The notes: generated from the letters alone by a model not told the origin. A DNA stretch of 64,000 nucleotides from Alphaproteobacteria bacterium (GCA_017626035.1 JAGAJR010000017.1:85628-149627), one strand, 5' to 3'; shown: positions 19,819 through 30,804, counted from the stretch's first letter. Numbers and translations are program-made.

Positions 19819-19957
19819 AATTGCACCTTTATCTAAAATATTTCAAAATCAAGATTATTTTGCCGTAAAATCAGGCGGAAAGGACATAAGTTTAATCCCT
19901 GCCAGGGTTATCCCCTAGCGGTCATTTTTCGTATATATTTTATTAAACTCATGGTCA

Positions 19958-19993
19958 TAAAAAGAATTGCTCCGATTTTTAATTCGGAGCAAT
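19958..19993 (-). terminator. rho-independent terminator downstream of parC
   Basis: Perfect 10-bp stem (attgctccga / tcggagcaat) with an 8-nt loop, followed on the minus strand by UCUUUUUAU. Confidence 0.6.
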
Positions 19994-20024
19994 GATATTC
20001 AAACAATATTTTCTTGTCAATAAT

Positions 20025-22247
20025 TTATTTTCCCATAAATTTGTTATTTTTCGGGAAACCGAACGGAACCAATTTACCGACCTGGGCACGATGTCCGAGC
20101 CAAGTCATTAAGTCCGTTTCCACTTTAATACCGCCGCTGCGGGCATAGGTAAATCCGTCTGCGGCATTAAATATCTGAATATCAGACATATTTCCGTCTT
20201 TGTATTTTTGCAGGGCAACACCGCGTCCGCGAGCCATGCTCGGAATTTCTTCCACTTTGAAAATCAGCAATTTTCTGTTTTCACCGACAATGGCCACGCT
20301 GTCTCCGGTAACTTTCCGGCACATGACAGCCTGTTCTCCGTCAGCCACGTTCATTATTTTACGACCGTTGCGGGTTTGGGCAATGAGGTGATTTTCATCT
20401 ACCAAAAAGCCCTTGCCGGTGTTTGACGCAACCAGATAACTTGTTTTCGGTTCAAAAACAAACATTTCGCAAATGTTGTCATTGTTGCTCAAATCCACCA
20501 TCAGACGCAATGGCTGTCCAAAGCCGCGTCCGCTCGGGATTTCATTGGCGGAAATATTAAAGAACTTGCCTGAGGTGTCAAACAAAATAATTTTGTCTGT
20601 CGTTTGGGCATGAATTGCTATTTGCAGAGCATCATCGTCTTTAAATTTAAAGTCGTCATTTAAGTCGCTGTGCCCTTTAATACATCTTATCCAGCCCTTT
20701 TGTGAAAGAATGACTGTAATCGGTTCTTTTTCAACAAAAACTTCCAAAGGAACATCGATTTCTTCCGTTACTTCGGCAAAATCTGTCCGGCGGCGGCCCA
20801 AAGCCGTTTTCTTGCCGAATTTTTCCCGAATGAGTTTAATCTCTCCGCCAATAGCTTCCCAGCGTTTGCTTTCATCGCTCAATAAAGCTTCCAACTCGCC
20901 TTTTTCTGCAGATAATTCGTCGTATTCACGTTTAATTTCCACTTCTTCAAGTTTACGCAAGCTTCTGAGTTTCATATTTAAAATGGCCTCGGCTTGGTTT
21001 TCGGTCAGGCTGAATTCCTGCATCATTACGGCTTTGGAATTTTCCTCCTCCCGGATAATACGGATAATTTCATCCAAATTCAGATATGCAATCAAATAGC
21101 CGGAAAGGATTTCCAAACGATTGTTGATTTTATCCAAACGATATTGAGCTCTTCTTTCCAACACATTGATTCTGTGATTTAAAAACTCACGGAGAACTTC
21201 TTTGATACTGAGAACGCGAGGAACACCGTCTGAGTCCAAAACATTCATATTCATATTAAATCTGGACTCTAATTCTGTCTGCTTGAATAAATGTTCCATA
21301 AGAAGATTAGCGTCTACCGTGCGGTTTTTAGGAATTAAAACGATACGAATATCATGCGTGGATTCATCACGAATATCATCCAGCATCGGCAGTTTCTTAT
21401 CCTGAAGCAGGCTGGCAATTCTTTCAATTAATTTAGATTTTACAACCTGATACGGTATTTCTTTAATAATGATTTGGTATTGTCCGTGGGTTAATTCTTC
21501 TTTTTCCCATTTTGCCCGGATGCGGAAAGTTCCTTTTCCTTGAGTGTAAGTGTCTAAAATACTGGAAAAGCTGTCAATTATAATTCCTCCGGTCGGAAAA
21601 TCAGGCCCTTTAATCTTTCTGACTAAAGGTTCAATTTCACAGTCCGGTTTTTCAATCATATACAACAAAGCATCGCAAATTTCGCTTAAATTGTGCGGCG
21701 GAATGTTGGTTGCCATACCCACGGCAATACCGGAAGAACCGTTACATAACAGGTTCGGCACCATTCCCGGCATAACAACCGGCTCTTCTTCTTCTCCGTC
21801 ATAAGTTTCTCTGAAATCAACGGCATTTTCGTTTAAGCCTTCCATCAAGGCAATGGCAAACTCGGTCAGACGAGCTTCGGTATAACGCATGGCGGCCGGA
21901 TTATCTCCGTCAATATTACCGAAATTTCCCTGCCCGTCGACCAACGGATAACGAACGGAAAAATCCTGTGCCAAACGGCACATCGCCCCATAAACGGCAC
22001 TGTCGCCGTGCGGGTGATATTTACCGATAACATCGCCGACAACACGGGCACATTTCTTAAAGCCGGATTTCGGATCCAAGTGCAGTTGACGCATAGCGTA
22101 AAGCAAACGGCGGTGCACCGGTTTCAATCCGTCGCGGACATCCGGCAAAGACCGGGAAACAATGGTAGACATTGCATAAGACAGGTAGCGGCTGCTTAAT
22201 TCCTCGGCTAAATGCACATCTTTGATTTTTTCTTCTACTTCGGCCAT
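20025..22247 (-). CDS. parC: DNA topoisomerase IV subunit A
   Basis: N-terminus …[31 protein letters not shown]…[53 protein letters not shown]… contains the active-site Tyr region. 740 aa is too short for GyrA and consistent with proteobacterial ParC. Confidence 0.85.
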   Translation of the reverse strand: MAEVEEKIKDVHLAEELSSRYLSYAMSTIVSRSLPDVRDGLKPVHRRLLYAMRQLHLDPKSGFKKCARVVGDVIGKYHPHGDSAVYGAMCRLAQDFSVRYPLVDGQGNFGNIDGDNPAAMRYTEARLTEFAIALMEGLNENAVDFRETYDGEEEEPVVMPGMVPNLLCNGSSGIAVGMATNIPPHNLSEICDALLYMIEKPDCEIEPLVRKIKGPDFPTGGIIIDSFSSILDTYTQGKGTFRIRAKWEKEELTHGQYQIIIKEIPYQVVKSKLIERIASLLQDKKLPMLDDIRDESTHDIRIVLIPKNRTVDANLLMEHLFKQTELESRFNMNMNVLDSDGVPRVLSIKEVLREFLNHRINVLERRAQYRLDKINNRLEILSGYLIAYLNLDEIIRIIREEENSKAVMMQEFSLTENQAEAILNMKLRSLRKLEEVEIKREYDELSAEKGELEALLSDESKRWEAIGGEIKLIREKFGKKTALGRRRTDFAEVTEEIDVPLEVFVEKEPITVILSQKGWIRCIKGHSDLNDDFKFKDDDALQIAIHAQTTDKIILFDTSGKFFNISANEIPSGRGFGQPLRLMVDLSNNDNICEMFVFEPKTSYLVASNTGKGFLVDENHLIAQTRNGRKIMNVADGEQAVMCRKVTGDSVAIVGENRKLLIFKVEEIPSMARGRGVALQKYKDGNMSDIQIFNAADGFTYARSGGIKVETDLMTWLGHRAQVGKLVPFGFPKNNKFMGK

Positions 22248-22266
22248 TTTATATACTCTATTCGTC

Positions 22267-23007
22267 TTATAATTGTTTATTTTTATTGAAATATTCTTTC
22301 AAATTCGTGCCCAAATTAGCACGATTTGCCGGGAATTTCAAGTTATGAGTTTGAAAAAAGTTTTTATTGAGGAAAAACTCCGTCATACTAAGCAAATCAA
22401 CTATTTCATCCGGTTTCGGACGGTAATTTTTATCAACAATATATTGCGGAAAGGCAAACAGCCGGTCCTTATAAGGAAGTCCGGCTTCCTCACAAACGGC
22501 TTTTCCGGTTTTCGGGGAAACGAATTTCAGGTTTTCAGTTGTTCCCGTGGCGGAACATTCGCTTAAATCCAATCCTATACCGAGATAGTCAAGAAGATAA
22601 AATTCAAAGAAAGAATAATGCGTTATCCAATTATCTTCATTTATAAAATTAAAAAAATCAGCTACAAAATCATAAAATCTTTCCAGATTTTCCTGCTCCG
22701 GCATACAGACATTACATAATCCGCACAATGCGGTCAGAGCCTCCAGCTTTAGGGCATCTGCCATAAAATTAACCGAACAAGGAGACAATAATTCGATTTT
22801 AAAACTCAGCATATTATCTTCCACTCTGGCATAAGCGTCTACAGTTACCAAATTTCCAATCTGGAATGTTCCCAAATTTTTTTTGCTGAGGCAGTTTTTA
22901 ACATAGCCGGTTATTTTACCGTTGTTTTTAGTTAACAAGGTAAGAATGAGCGACCGCTCCCCGTGCTTTCTTAAATTTATGATATATCCTTCATCCTGAA
23001 ACTGCAT
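22267..23007 (-). CDS. recO: DNA repair protein RecO
   Basis: N-terminal OB-fold region ([33 protein letters not shown]) and typical length of 246 aa. Confidence 0.75.
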   Translation of the reverse strand: MQFQDEGYIINLRKHGERSLILTLLTKNNGKITGYVKNCLSKKNLGTFQIGNLVTVDAYARVEDNMLSFKIELLSPCSVNFMADALKLEALTALCGLCNVCMPEQENLERFYDFVADFFNFINEDNWITHYSFFEFYLLDYLGIGLDLSECSATGTTENLKFVSPKTGKAVCEEAGLPYKDRLFAFPQYIVDKNYRPKPDEIVDLLSMTEFFLNKNFFQTHNLKFPANRANLGTNLKEYFNKNKQL

Positions 23008-23101
23008 TGCCGTATCCGTTGATTTTTGCTTATTTTACGACCTCTGCCCCCGGTGTCAACCGAATAAACTTTTTATTGCATTTCCTCTGAATATTTTTAT
23101 A

Positions 23102-23506
23102 ATGACTTTATTAAAATATGTATCATTCTTAAAACTATCATGTATGAAAAAGAAAGCCATCTTTCTAATCACGTCTACCATAATATCACTGCTGTTATGG
23201 GGCGTTGTCAGTATCTTTCCGAATACTGTAGACTTGATTTTTGCAATCGGCTGCGGGGCTTACGGGCTTGCATTTATTGCTTTGCTGTCCATTTGTGTTT
23301 ATGAACGGGGATTTCCGGACGACAGTACGGCTGATTTTATGTATAACTGGTTCGTCATCGCCGTCAATTCAACAGTGCAATATCTTGCTCTGCAAGAGTA
23401 TTTGGCAGAATACAACATCTTTTTGCGGATTTTCGTCGGAATTGCCGTTGCTATCGGTTTGTTGACGATTTTTGAACTATGCCGAAAAGCTCTTAGTTCG
23501 CATTAA
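23102..23506 (+). CDS. hypothetical integral membrane protein
   Basis: 134 aa with four hydrophobic segments, followed by a clean terminator. Confidence 0.45.
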   Translation: MTLLKYVSFLKLSCMKKKAIFLITSTIISLLLWGVVSIFPNTVDLIFAIGCGAYGLAFIALLSICVYERGFPDDSTADFMYNWFVIAVNSTVQYLALQEYLAEYNIFLRIFVGIAVAIGLLTIFELCRKALSSH

Positions 23507-23532
23507 TCCGCCGCAGAAAACTCTTATTTTCA

Positions 23533-23560
23533 GAGCCGATATCACATCGGCTCTTTTTTA
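23533..23560 (+). terminator. rho-independent terminator
   Basis: gagccgat-atcac-atcggctc hairpin followed by TTTTTT. Confidence 0.7.
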
Positions 23561-23701
23561 TTGTTCTGAACTTATTTCCTGAGCATTTTCAGAGGCTTGT
23601 CTGGCTTGCTTGTCAAACTCAAGACCGCTTAAAATTGCCAAAAGCAGACAAGCTAAAATCAGCCAAAAATTTCTGGTGCCGAAAAATTCTTTCCAATTCA
23701 T
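23558..23701 (-). CDS. possible 47-aa small membrane protein (below the track's length cutoff)
   Basis: Reverse-strand ORF MNWKEFFGTRNFWLILACLLLAILSGLEFDKQARQASENAQEISSEQ* has one clear TM helix. It is not in the ORF track and has no obvious RBS. Confidence 0.2.
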   Translation of the reverse strand: MNWKEFFGTRNFWLILACLLLAILSGLEFDKQARQASENAQEISSEQ

Positions 23702-23759
23702 CGTTTTATCCTTCAAAAAAAATCCCCCGAACACTTATTCAGGGGATAAATTTATCGGC

Positions 23760-24602
23760 TTAATAATCCTGAATACGTGTTTTGGTCAACTTATCATAAG
23801 CCATTAAATCAGATAAGACTTTTTCCATATCTTTCAAGAAAATCATATTCGGACCATCACTCAAAGCCTTGTCCGGATTATCATGCGTTTCAATGAATAC
23901 GGCGGCAACACCGACAGCCACGGCAGCACGGGCTAAAACCGGAGCAAATTCCCTCTGTCCGCCGGAGCACGATCCTTTTCCGCCCGGCTGCATTACGGAA
24001 TGGGTGGCGTCGAAAATTACCGGACAGCCAGTATCTTTAGCCATTTGCGGCAAAGAACGCATATCGGTTACGAGCGTGTTGTAGCCGAAAGTTGTTCCTC
24101 TTTCTGTCAGGCATACGTTTTTATTGCCGGAATCTTCACATTTGATTACCAGCGGTTTAACATCCCAAGGAGCAAGAAATTGGCCTTTTTTGATATTAAC
24201 GACTTTTCCGGTTTTAGCTGCAGCAACAACCAAATCCGTCTGACGGCAGAGAAAAGCCGGAATTTGCAAAATATCAACATATTCAGCAACCAGGGCACAT
24301 TGTTCTTTTTCGTGAACATCGGTAACAATCGGACAATGATATAATTTTTTGATTTCTTCAAAAGTCCGCATTCCCTCGTCTATTCCGACACCGCGAGGAC
24401 CATTGATGGATGTGCGGTTGGCTTTGTCAAAAGAAGCTTTGAATACATAATTTATTCCCAGTTTATCGGTAATTTCGACCATAGCTCCGGCCATATCAAT
24501 CGCGTGTTGTCTGCTCTCAATCTGGCAAGGCCCGGCCAATAAGGCCAACGGGAGTTTGTTTCCGATTTCGAAATTACCAATTTTTACGGTTCTCTGTTCC
24601 AT
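23760..24602 (-). CDS. kdsA: 2-dehydro-3-deoxyphosphooctonate aldolase (KDO-8-phosphate synthase)
   Basis: Start moved to MEQRTVKIGNFEIGN (ATG at 24602), which has AGGAA 7 nt upstream. …LLAGPCQIES…, …KASFDKANRTS… and …DATHSVMQPGG… are diagnostic of KdsA. Confidence 0.85.
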   Translation of the reverse strand: MEQRTVKIGNFEIGNKLPLALLAGPCQIESRQHAIDMAGAMVEITDKLGINYVFKASFDKANRTSINGPRGVGIDEGMRTFEEIKKLYHCPIVTDVHEKEQCALVAEYVDILQIPAFLCRQTDLVVAAAKTGKVVNIKKGQFLAPWDVKPLVIKCEDSGNKNVCLTERGTTFGYNTLVTDMRSLPQMAKDTGCPVIFDATHSVMQPGGKGSCSGGQREFAPVLARAAVAVGVAAVFIETHDNPDKALSDGPNMIFLKDMEKVLSDLMAYDKLTKTRIQDY

Positions 24603-24696
24603 TATCTGTTCCTTTATACATAGAAGTTTATGTATTTGTTGTAGCAAATATTATCTTTTTTAGCAAACAAGATAAAAAAGATATACCTAAATATTT

Positions 24697-25269
24697 TTAG
24701 TTCAGTTCAAACCTCAGCCAGGTAAACAGGACATTTCCGTCATTTTTAACGCCGGGAACGTATGCCGCCTGAACCGCCATGCCTTTGTAACTTAATCCGG
24801 CAATCGGCAACGGCAGAGGAACCGGAATATAAGAATATTCATGACGCTGAGTCAAACTGGCGGTAAAGCCTATTCCGCCTTTCCAATCGCCATCATTATC
24901 CAATTCCCAATTTTTGAGATAAGCGTATCCGAAAATTGTTTCCAAATAAAAATTGGAATCTTTAAATCCCATGGCATATAAACCGTGCCAATCTCCGTCT
25001 TCATCATAACGGGAAACACCAAACCCTATTCCCCAAGGTTCTTCATTATATTTTTCTATCTTGTCTTTATCATAGAAAAGGCGGTTGTGCCAAGTCCAAA
25101 CCGGAACATACAAATCATAAGTGCCGCCATTCCAGGTTTGTTTTAAATTATTTTCGATTTTGTCCCAAAAGTCTTCCAGTTCATAGCGGCAGATTTTTGC
25201 TTCCGCATTTGCGGCAGAAACAAAAAACATAAACAAAGTATAAATAACATAAACAAATTTCTTTAACAT
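24697..25269 (-). CDS. pagP: lipid A palmitoyltransferase PagP
   Basis: Start moved to MLKKFVYVIY… (signal peptide, GGGA RBS). The mature region aligns by eye with E. coli PagP: YDLYVPVWTWHNRLFYDKDKIEKYNEEPWGIGFGVSRYDEDGDWHGLYAMGFKDS…NGNVLFTWLRFEL, against E. coli …[55 protein letters not shown]…NGNVYFAWMRFQF. Confidence 0.8.
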   Translation of the reverse strand: MLKKFVYVIYTLFMFFVSAANAEAKICRYELEDFWDKIENNLKQTWNGGTYDLYVPVWTWHNRLFYDKDKIEKYNEEPWGIGFGVSRYDEDGDWHGLYAMGFKDSNFYLETIFGYAYLKNWELDNDGDWKGGIGFTASLTQRHEYSYIPVPLPLPIAGLSYKGMAVQAAYVPGVKNDGNVLFTWLRFELN

Positions 25270-25349
25270 ATTAATTATTCCCAACAAAAAGCGGTACAAC
25301 AAGTTTGTTTGTGTATACCGCTTTTTAATAACAATCAATCTTTTTATGA

Positions 25350-27011
25350 TTAAATTAACCGGCTTTTATCAATAGATGCCCGAACAAAAGAGACAAATAG
25401 CGGATGCGGAGCAAACGGTTTTGACTTTAATTCAGGGTGGAACTGAACACCGATGAACCACGGATGATCCGGCCGTTCCACAATCTCAGGGAGTTTGCCG
25501 TCCGGAGATTTGGCTACAATTTTCATACCGGCTTTTTCCAGCTGGTCAGCATATTTCATATTTACTTCATAACGGTGTCTGTGGCGTTCGGAAATATTTT
25601 CGGTGCCGTAAATGCTATAAACCAAAGAATTTTTATCCAATACGGAAGGATAAGCCCCTAACCGCATGGTTCCGCCCAAATCTCCGTCTTTTGAACGGTG
25701 TTCCTTGGCCCCTTCCTTATCCCATTCGGTCATCAATCCGACAACAGGTTCGCAAGTGCTGCTCAACTCTGTTGTATAAGCATTTTTAAGCCCGACAACA
25801 TTTCTCATCGTTTCAATAACGGCCATCTGCATACCGTAACAAATTCCCAAGAAAGGAATGTTATTTTCGCGGGCATATTGAATCGCAACGATTTTGCCTT
25901 CTGTTCCCCGTTGTCCGAAACCGCCGGGAACCAAAATGCCGCTGACATCTGCCAGATATAAATCTGGGTCATTTTTCTCAAGCAATTCGGAATCAATCCA
26001 TTTGATACGGACTTTGTATTTGTTGGCAATACCGCCGTGTGTCAAAGCTTCGTTAATGGATTTGTATGCTTCCAGCAACTGGGTATATTTGCCGACGACG
26101 GCGATTTTAACCTCGCCTTCCGGAGCTCTGATAATTTTTACGATATTTTCCCATTTGCTTAAATCTGCTTCTTCCGGACACGGAATACCAAAATGTTTGC
26201 AGACCTGACGGTCAATTCCTTCATGAGAATAAGCCACAGGAACCTGATAAATCGTATCTACATCCAAAGCGGCGATAACGTTTTCTTCCCGAATATTGCA
26301 AAATAGGGCGATTTTCTTCTTTTCATTCTGCGGCAAAGGTATTTGGGAGCGGCAAACCAGCATATCCGGCTGAATACCGTATTCCTGGAGTTTTTTTACG
26401 GAATGCTGGGTCGGTTTGGTTTTCAATTCTCCGGCTGTCGGAATATATGGCAGCAATGTCAGGTGAATAAACATGGAACGTTCACGCCCCAAGTCATAAG
26501 CCACTTGGCGAATCGCTTCCAGATAAGGCTGGCCTTCGATGTCGCCGACGGTTCCGCCGATTTCGCACAAAACAAAATCTTCATCCGTAATGTCTGACAG
26601 AATGAAGTCTTTAATTTCGTTGGTAACATGAGGAATTACCTGAATTGTTGCCCCTAAGTAATCACCGCGACGTTCTTTTTCGATAACCCGCATATAAATT
26701 TTGCCGGTGGTAATACTGTCTGTTCTCTTGGCCGGAACACCCGAAAAACGTTCATAGTGCCCCAAATCGAGATCGGCTTCCGTTCCGTCATCGGTAACAA
26801 AGACTTCACCGTGTTGATACGGGCTCATTGTTCCCGGGTCGACGTTCAAATACGGATCAAGCTTGCGTAAGCGGACTTTAAAACCTCTGGATTGGAGTAC
26901 CGAAGCCAAAGATGCAGAAGCAAGACCTTTTCCCAAAGAGGATACAACGCCTCCGGTAATGAAGATGAATTTTGCTTTATTACTGTTAATATTTGTATTA
27001 TTTTCAGACAT
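25350..27011 (-). CDS. pyrG: CTP synthase
   Basis: N-terminal [16 protein letters not shown] and a C-terminal glutamine amidotransferase domain with GICYGMQ. 553 aa. Confidence 0.95.
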   Translation of the reverse strand: MSENNTNINSNKAKFIFITGGVVSSLGKGLASASLASVLQSRGFKVRLRKLDPYLNVDPGTMSPYQHGEVFVTDDGTEADLDLGHYERFSGVPAKRTDSITTGKIYMRVIEKERRGDYLGATIQVIPHVTNEIKDFILSDITDEDFVLCEIGGTVGDIEGQPYLEAIRQVAYDLGRERSMFIHLTLLPYIPTAGELKTKPTQHSVKKLQEYGIQPDMLVCRSQIPLPQNEKKKIALFCNIREENVIAALDVDTIYQVPVAYSHEGIDRQVCKHFGIPCPEEADLSKWENIVKIIRAPEGEVKIAVVGKYTQLLEAYKSINEALTHGGIANKYKVRIKWIDSELLEKNDPDLYLADVSGILVPGGFGQRGTEGKIVAIQYARENNIPFLGICYGMQMAVIETMRNVVGLKNAYTTELSSTCEPVVGLMTEWDKEGAKEHRSKDGDLGGTMRLGAYPSVLDKNSLVYSIYGTENISERHRHRYEVNMKYADQLEKAGMKIVAKSPDGKLPEIVERPDHPWFIGVQFHPELKSKPFAPHPLFVSFVRASIDKSRLI

Positions 27012-27056
27012 TTAATTCCCCTTTTTTTCTAACACTATGCCCGTTTTTAAAGTGAG

Positions 27057-27090
27057 AAAGGCACCTTTCTTAAAAGGTGCCTTTTATTTT
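27057..27090. terminator. strong intergenic hairpin between secG and pyrG (attenuator or partial terminator)
   Basis: Perfect 12-bp stem aaaggcaccttt / aaaggtgccttt with a 4-nt loop. A T-run follows on the + strand and a moderately U-rich tract follows on the minus (coding) strand. Confidence 0.4.
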
Positions 27091-27106
27091 TCGTTTCAGC
27101 AGTCAT

Positions 27107-27430
27107 TTATTTTTCTGCCACCGGAGCTGCCGGTGCGGAAGGAACCGTTTCCTCTGCCGCAGGAACATCCAAAATTGAATTGCTCTTGCGATCAGCCCCT
27201 TTGTAATATAATGACAAGGAAATGCTGGTGATGAAAAAGATAGTTGCCAAGATAGCCGTCATTCTGGTCAGCAGATTGCCGGTGCTGCGGGCATTTAAAA
27301 AGCTGCTGGCTCCGCTGCCGCCGCCAAGGCCGTCCAATGCACCGCCGGAAGAACGCTGCATCAGAATTACACAAACCAAAAATATTGCCACCATCAAGTG
27401 AATGACCAATAAAACTGTTCCCATTATCAA
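27107..27430 (-). CDS. secG: preprotein translocase subunit SecG
   Basis: 107 aa. …VIHLMVAIFLVCVILMQRSSGGALDGLGGG… is the conserved SecG TM1-loop signature. Confidence 0.85.
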   Translation of the reverse strand: MIMGTVLLVIHLMVAIFLVCVILMQRSSGGALDGLGGGSGASSFLNARSTGNLLTRMTAILATIFFITSISLSLYYKGADRKSNSILDVPAAEETVPSAPAAPVAEK

Positions 27431-27451
27431 ATTCCCTTTTCTTTAACTAAA

Positions 27452-28213
27452 TTAACATCCGGCATTTTTGGCAATACCGATGAAGTCCGCAACTTTCAGA
27501 CTGGCTCCGCCGATTAAAGCTCCGTCAACGTCAGGCAGAGACAAAAATTCTTTAGCGTTGCCCGGTTTTACGGAACCGCCGTATAAAATACGCATTTTAT
27601 TGGCATTTCCTTTGCCCAGCTTTTTGGCCAGAACTTTGCGAACGGCGGCATGAACTTCTTCAACGTCGGCAGCTGTCGGCGTTTTGCCTGTTCCGATAGC
27701 CCAAACCGGTTCATAAGCAATAACCGTGTCGGCGGCAGTGGCAGAATCCGGAACAGAACCGAGAATCTGTTTGCTGCAAACATCAATGGTCTTGCCGGCA
27801 TCGCGTTGTTCTAAAGTTTCGCCGATGCAAATAACCGTTTTTAATCCGCATTCATGAGCGGCAACGGCTTTTTTATTAACTAATTCGTCCGTTTCCCCAT
27901 GGTCGGCACGTCTTTCGGAGTGGCCGAGAATAACATATTGGCAGCCGATTTCTTTTAACATAACCGGACTGATGTCTCCGGTATGAGCTCCCTTTTCGGC
28001 GAAGTGTGCATCCTGAGCACCCAGAGCAACCTTAGCCCCTCTCAGAGCTCTTTTGACGGAAGTCAGCAATGTGAACGGAGGACATACCAAAAATTCACAT
28101 TCCGGTTTGCCCATAGCTTTGACTTCGGCGGCAACGCCTTTAGTCAAATCAATTCCGTCGGCCAGAAGGCCGTTCATTTTCCAGTTGCCTGCAATAAGTT
28201 TTTTTCTTGCCAT
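27452..28213 (-). CDS. tpiA: triosephosphate isomerase
   Basis: KLIAGNWKMNG, catalytic region VILGHSERR and AYEPVWAIGTG. 253 aa. Confidence 0.92.
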   Translation of the reverse strand: MARKKLIAGNWKMNGLLADGIDLTKGVAAEVKAMGKPECEFLVCPPFTLLTSVKRALRGAKVALGAQDAHFAEKGAHTGDISPVMLKEIGCQYVILGHSERRADHGETDELVNKKAVAAHECGLKTVICIGETLEQRDAGKTIDVCSKQILGSVPDSATAADTVIAYEPVWAIGTGKTPTAADVEEVHAAVRKVLAKKLGKGNANKMRILYGGSVKPGNAKEFLSLPDVDGALIGGASLKVADFIGIAKNAGC

Positions 28214-28315
28214 TTCTAAATATCCTTTTAAATATTTTTCTCATTGTTGCCTTTCTAGCACAACAAAATATTTTTTTCCAGTTAAAAAAACTTTTCAACA
28301 CGAATATTTATAAGA

Positions 28316-28345
28316 TTGCATATATTATTAATATTGCGGTATACT
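28316..28345 (+). promoter_or_regulatory. sigma70-type promoter for the ppiD-like gene
   Basis: TTGCAT (28316-28321), an 18-nt spacer, then TATACT (28340-28345). AGGA lies 11 nt before the ATG at 28388. Confidence 0.45.
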
Positions 28346-28387
28346 CTCCGCGTCTTGATTAAAATTTGTTTTTAGGATTTTGTTGAT

Positions 28388-30265
28388 ATGATGGAATTTT
28401 TCAGAAAAATGCAAAACTCTTGGTTTGCTAAATCTATTCTTATTTTGACGGGCTTAAGCTTTGTTTCCCTGTTCGGCGTTGCCGGATATATGGGAAGTGC
28501 CGGCAAAAACCGACCGGTTATCAAGGTAGATGACTATCATGTAACCCAGGGCGAAATATCCCATCAATTTGATCAGGAACTCCAACTGGCCAAAAACCTT
28601 TTCGGAGATAATGTCGATATTAACGACAATATTCGCAATTCCATGCTGCACGGAATTGTGCAAAAAGAACTGCTTAATACCATTATCAAAAAAACGGCAG
28701 ATGACCAAAACGTCAGCGTCGGAGATGATTTGGTCCGCAAAGTGATTTTCTCTCAAGCTGATTTTATGGATGCCAACGGAAATTTCAGCCGTGAAAAGCT
28801 GAACAGGATTCTTGCCGCTTCCGGTTGGACCGAACAGAAATACGTTGATACCATCAAATTAGACATTACCAAACAAATTTTAGTACAAAATCCGATTGAT
28901 AACGTAAACGTTCCTAAGGTTTTGAGCGATAATCTGACTAAGGCCGCCAAGCAGAAAAAGGTGTTCAAATATATTAAAATCGATCCGGACAAGGTAAAAA
29001 TCGACCGCAAGATTTCTCAAGACGAAATTGAACAATACTATCAGGATTTTAATGCCGAATTTATTGAACCGGAACAGAGAGATGTTGACTTCATTCTTCT
29101 CTCCCCTGCCGATATTGCCAACAATATTCAGCTTTCCGATGAAGAAATCGAGGCTTATTATCAGGAAAATCTCTCGCATTTTGAGGTTCCGGAAACCCGT
29201 GAAATTCTGCAAATGTCTTTTGACAATCAGGAAGCTGCCGACAAAGCCGCTCAGGAACTTAAAGACGGAAAAGACTTTTACGCCGTAGCCAAAGACGTTG
29301 CCGGACAATCAAAAGAAGACACCCAGCTTGGTTATGCTTCCAAAGATATGCTGATTGCCGATATGGCGGATGCCGTGTTCGGGCTGAACAAAGGCGAATA
29401 TGCCGGTCCTGTCAAATCCGAAATGGGATGGCACATTATGAAAGTCATTAATATCAAATCCGGTTCAAAAACATCTTTGGCTCAGGCAAGAAAGCAAATT
29501 ACCGAAGACTTGAAAAAAGAAAAGTCTTATGATGAGGCTTATAACATCTCCAGCAATATCGAAGATCAAATCGGTGCCGGACAATCTTTGGAAGATATTG
29601 CCAAAGGCATGAATGTCAGGATTTATTCTGCCAAAGGGCTTACCGAAGACGGCAAAGTCAGAGTTCAGCCTCAAAAATATGCCAACCTTGTTCCGACAAC
29701 TGATTTTGTTGATACGGCTTTTTCCTATAACAGCGGAGAATTAAGCCAGGTTGTCGAAACAGATGACGGATTTATGGTAATGAGAGTGGTTAAAGTCGTT
29801 GACGCCCACCCTAAAGACATTGCGGATGTTCGCGGTGAAATCGAAAAACTTTGGGAAGCAAACGAAAAAACGGCTATTTCGCAGGAAATTGTCAATGATG
29901 TTATGCATGATTTGGAAAACGGCGATCGTTTGGAAGATGTTGCTTCCAGATTTCAATTAGCTCATCACACGACCAAACCGTTGACAAGAAGCGAAAAATT
30001 TGAAGGTTTGGCTCCTCAATATATGTATGAATTGTTTCAGGAGCCGAAAAATTCTGCAAAATTGATTGATAATAAAGGCGTTCAAATTATTGCCGTCAAT
30101 ACGCAGATTATTCCGGAAAACAATATCAGCGAGAACGATATTAACAACGTTAAGCGTTCAACCAGATTGGATTTGTCGCAGGACTTGGCCAAAACTTTGG
30201 TTGAAGACTACGGTTCCGACTATGATGTCCGGGTTAAATATCGTCTTCTCGGTTTAGAAGACTAA
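28388..30265 (+). CDS. ppiD: periplasmic chaperone PpiD-like (SurA N-domain + parvulin PPIase)
   Basis: N-terminal TM anchor, SurA-N-like region and a parvulin-like segment (…GPVKSEMGWHIMKV…). 625 aa, divergent from tpiA as in many alphaproteobacteria. Confidence 0.7.
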   Translation: MMEFFRKMQNSWFAKSILILTGLSFVSLFGVAGYMGSAGKNRPVIKVDDYHVTQGEISHQFDQELQLAKNLFGDNVDINDNIRNSMLHGIVQKELLNTIIKKTADDQNVSVGDDLVRKVIFSQADFMDANGNFSREKLNRILAASGWTEQKYVDTIKLDITKQILVQNPIDNVNVPKVLSDNLTKAAKQKKVFKYIKIDPDKVKIDRKISQDEIEQYYQDFNAEFIEPEQRDVDFILLSPADIANNIQLSDEEIEAYYQENLSHFEVPETREILQMSFDNQEAADKAAQELKDGKDFYAVAKDVAGQSKEDTQLGYASKDMLIADMADAVFGLNKGEYAGPVKSEMGWHIMKVINIKSGSKTSLAQARKQITEDLKKEKSYDEAYNISSNIEDQIGAGQSLEDIAKGMNVRIYSAKGLTEDGKVRVQPQKYANLVPTTDFVDTAFSYNSGELSQVVETDDGFMVMRVVKVVDAHPKDIADVRGEIEKLWEANEKTAISQEIVNDVMHDLENGDRLEDVASRFQLAHHTTKPLTRSEKFEGLAPQYMYELFQEPKNSAKLIDNKGVQIIAVNTQIIPENNISENDINNVKRSTRLDLSQDLAKTLVEDYGSDYDVRVKYRLLGLED

Positions 30266-30284
30266 AAAATCTCTTCACATCCAG

Positions 30285-30316
30285 AAGCCCCGTTGAAAAA
30301 CGGGGTTTCTTTTTAA
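30285..30316 (+). terminator. rho-independent terminator after ppiD
   Basis: aagccccg-ttgaaaaa-cggggttt hairpin followed by a CTTTTT run. Confidence 0.7.
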
Positions 30317-30400
30317 GACAAAAAAGTTGACAAAACCGCTTTATTGAGATAAGTTTAATTTAATTACTCATTAAATTGTCAATTTTTAATCCTTTATATT

Positions 30401-30784
30401 ATGTTGTGGAAAATCATCTTGGGTTTTGCAATTATAATTATTGCAATCCCGTTTTTAATCCGAGTTTTTTGTTGGGTTTACGGTGTTTTTACGGCTATAC
30501 GCCTCGCCTTTTCTTCCATTGACAAACAAGAAGAACATTATGAAAGAGAAATTCTTTTTTTTCAAAAGGCTCCCCGCGAGTATCCGGCAAAATGTCTTTC
30601 CTCCTTAAAGCAATGCTGTGAATTCTGGATTGACTATTGGAGCGAGGAACTCAACAGACTTCCTGATGAAAACGAAGACTCGTTTCAAGAACTTCTGGCT
30701 TATCAAAAAAAACGCCAGACATTTTGGAAACAGGCTCTTGAAAGTATCTGTTCTGAAATCTGGCAAAGAGGTTTCAGAAAATAA
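30401..30784 (+). CDS. hypothetical small membrane protein
   Basis: 127 aa with an N-terminal TM pair and a Cys/Trp-containing soluble tail. Confidence 0.4.
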   Translation: MLWKIILGFAIIIIAIPFLIRVFCWVYGVFTAIRLAFSSIDKQEEHYEREILFFQKAPREYPAKCLSSLKQCCEFWIDYWSEELNRLPDENEDSFQELLAYQKKRQTFWKQALESICSEIWQRGFRK

Positions 30785-30804
30785 AACAAATTTATGTATA
30801 AAAA

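Noticed and set aside
19878-19935. Possible small RNA or structured element in the 200-bp spacer upstream of the GNAT-like gene (ccctgccaggg…)
   Set aside because: The apparent inverted repeat has no loop and no extended stem. It is probably just promoter-region sequence.
23610-23807. 65-aa + strand ORF upstream of kdsA
   Set aside because: It overlaps the kdsA 3' end and the better-supported minus-strand 47-aa TM ORF. Its composition is non-protein-like.
27037-27231. + strand 64-aa ORF in the secG-pyrG spacer
   Set aside because: It spans the intergenic hairpin and overlaps secG antisense. It is likely spurious.
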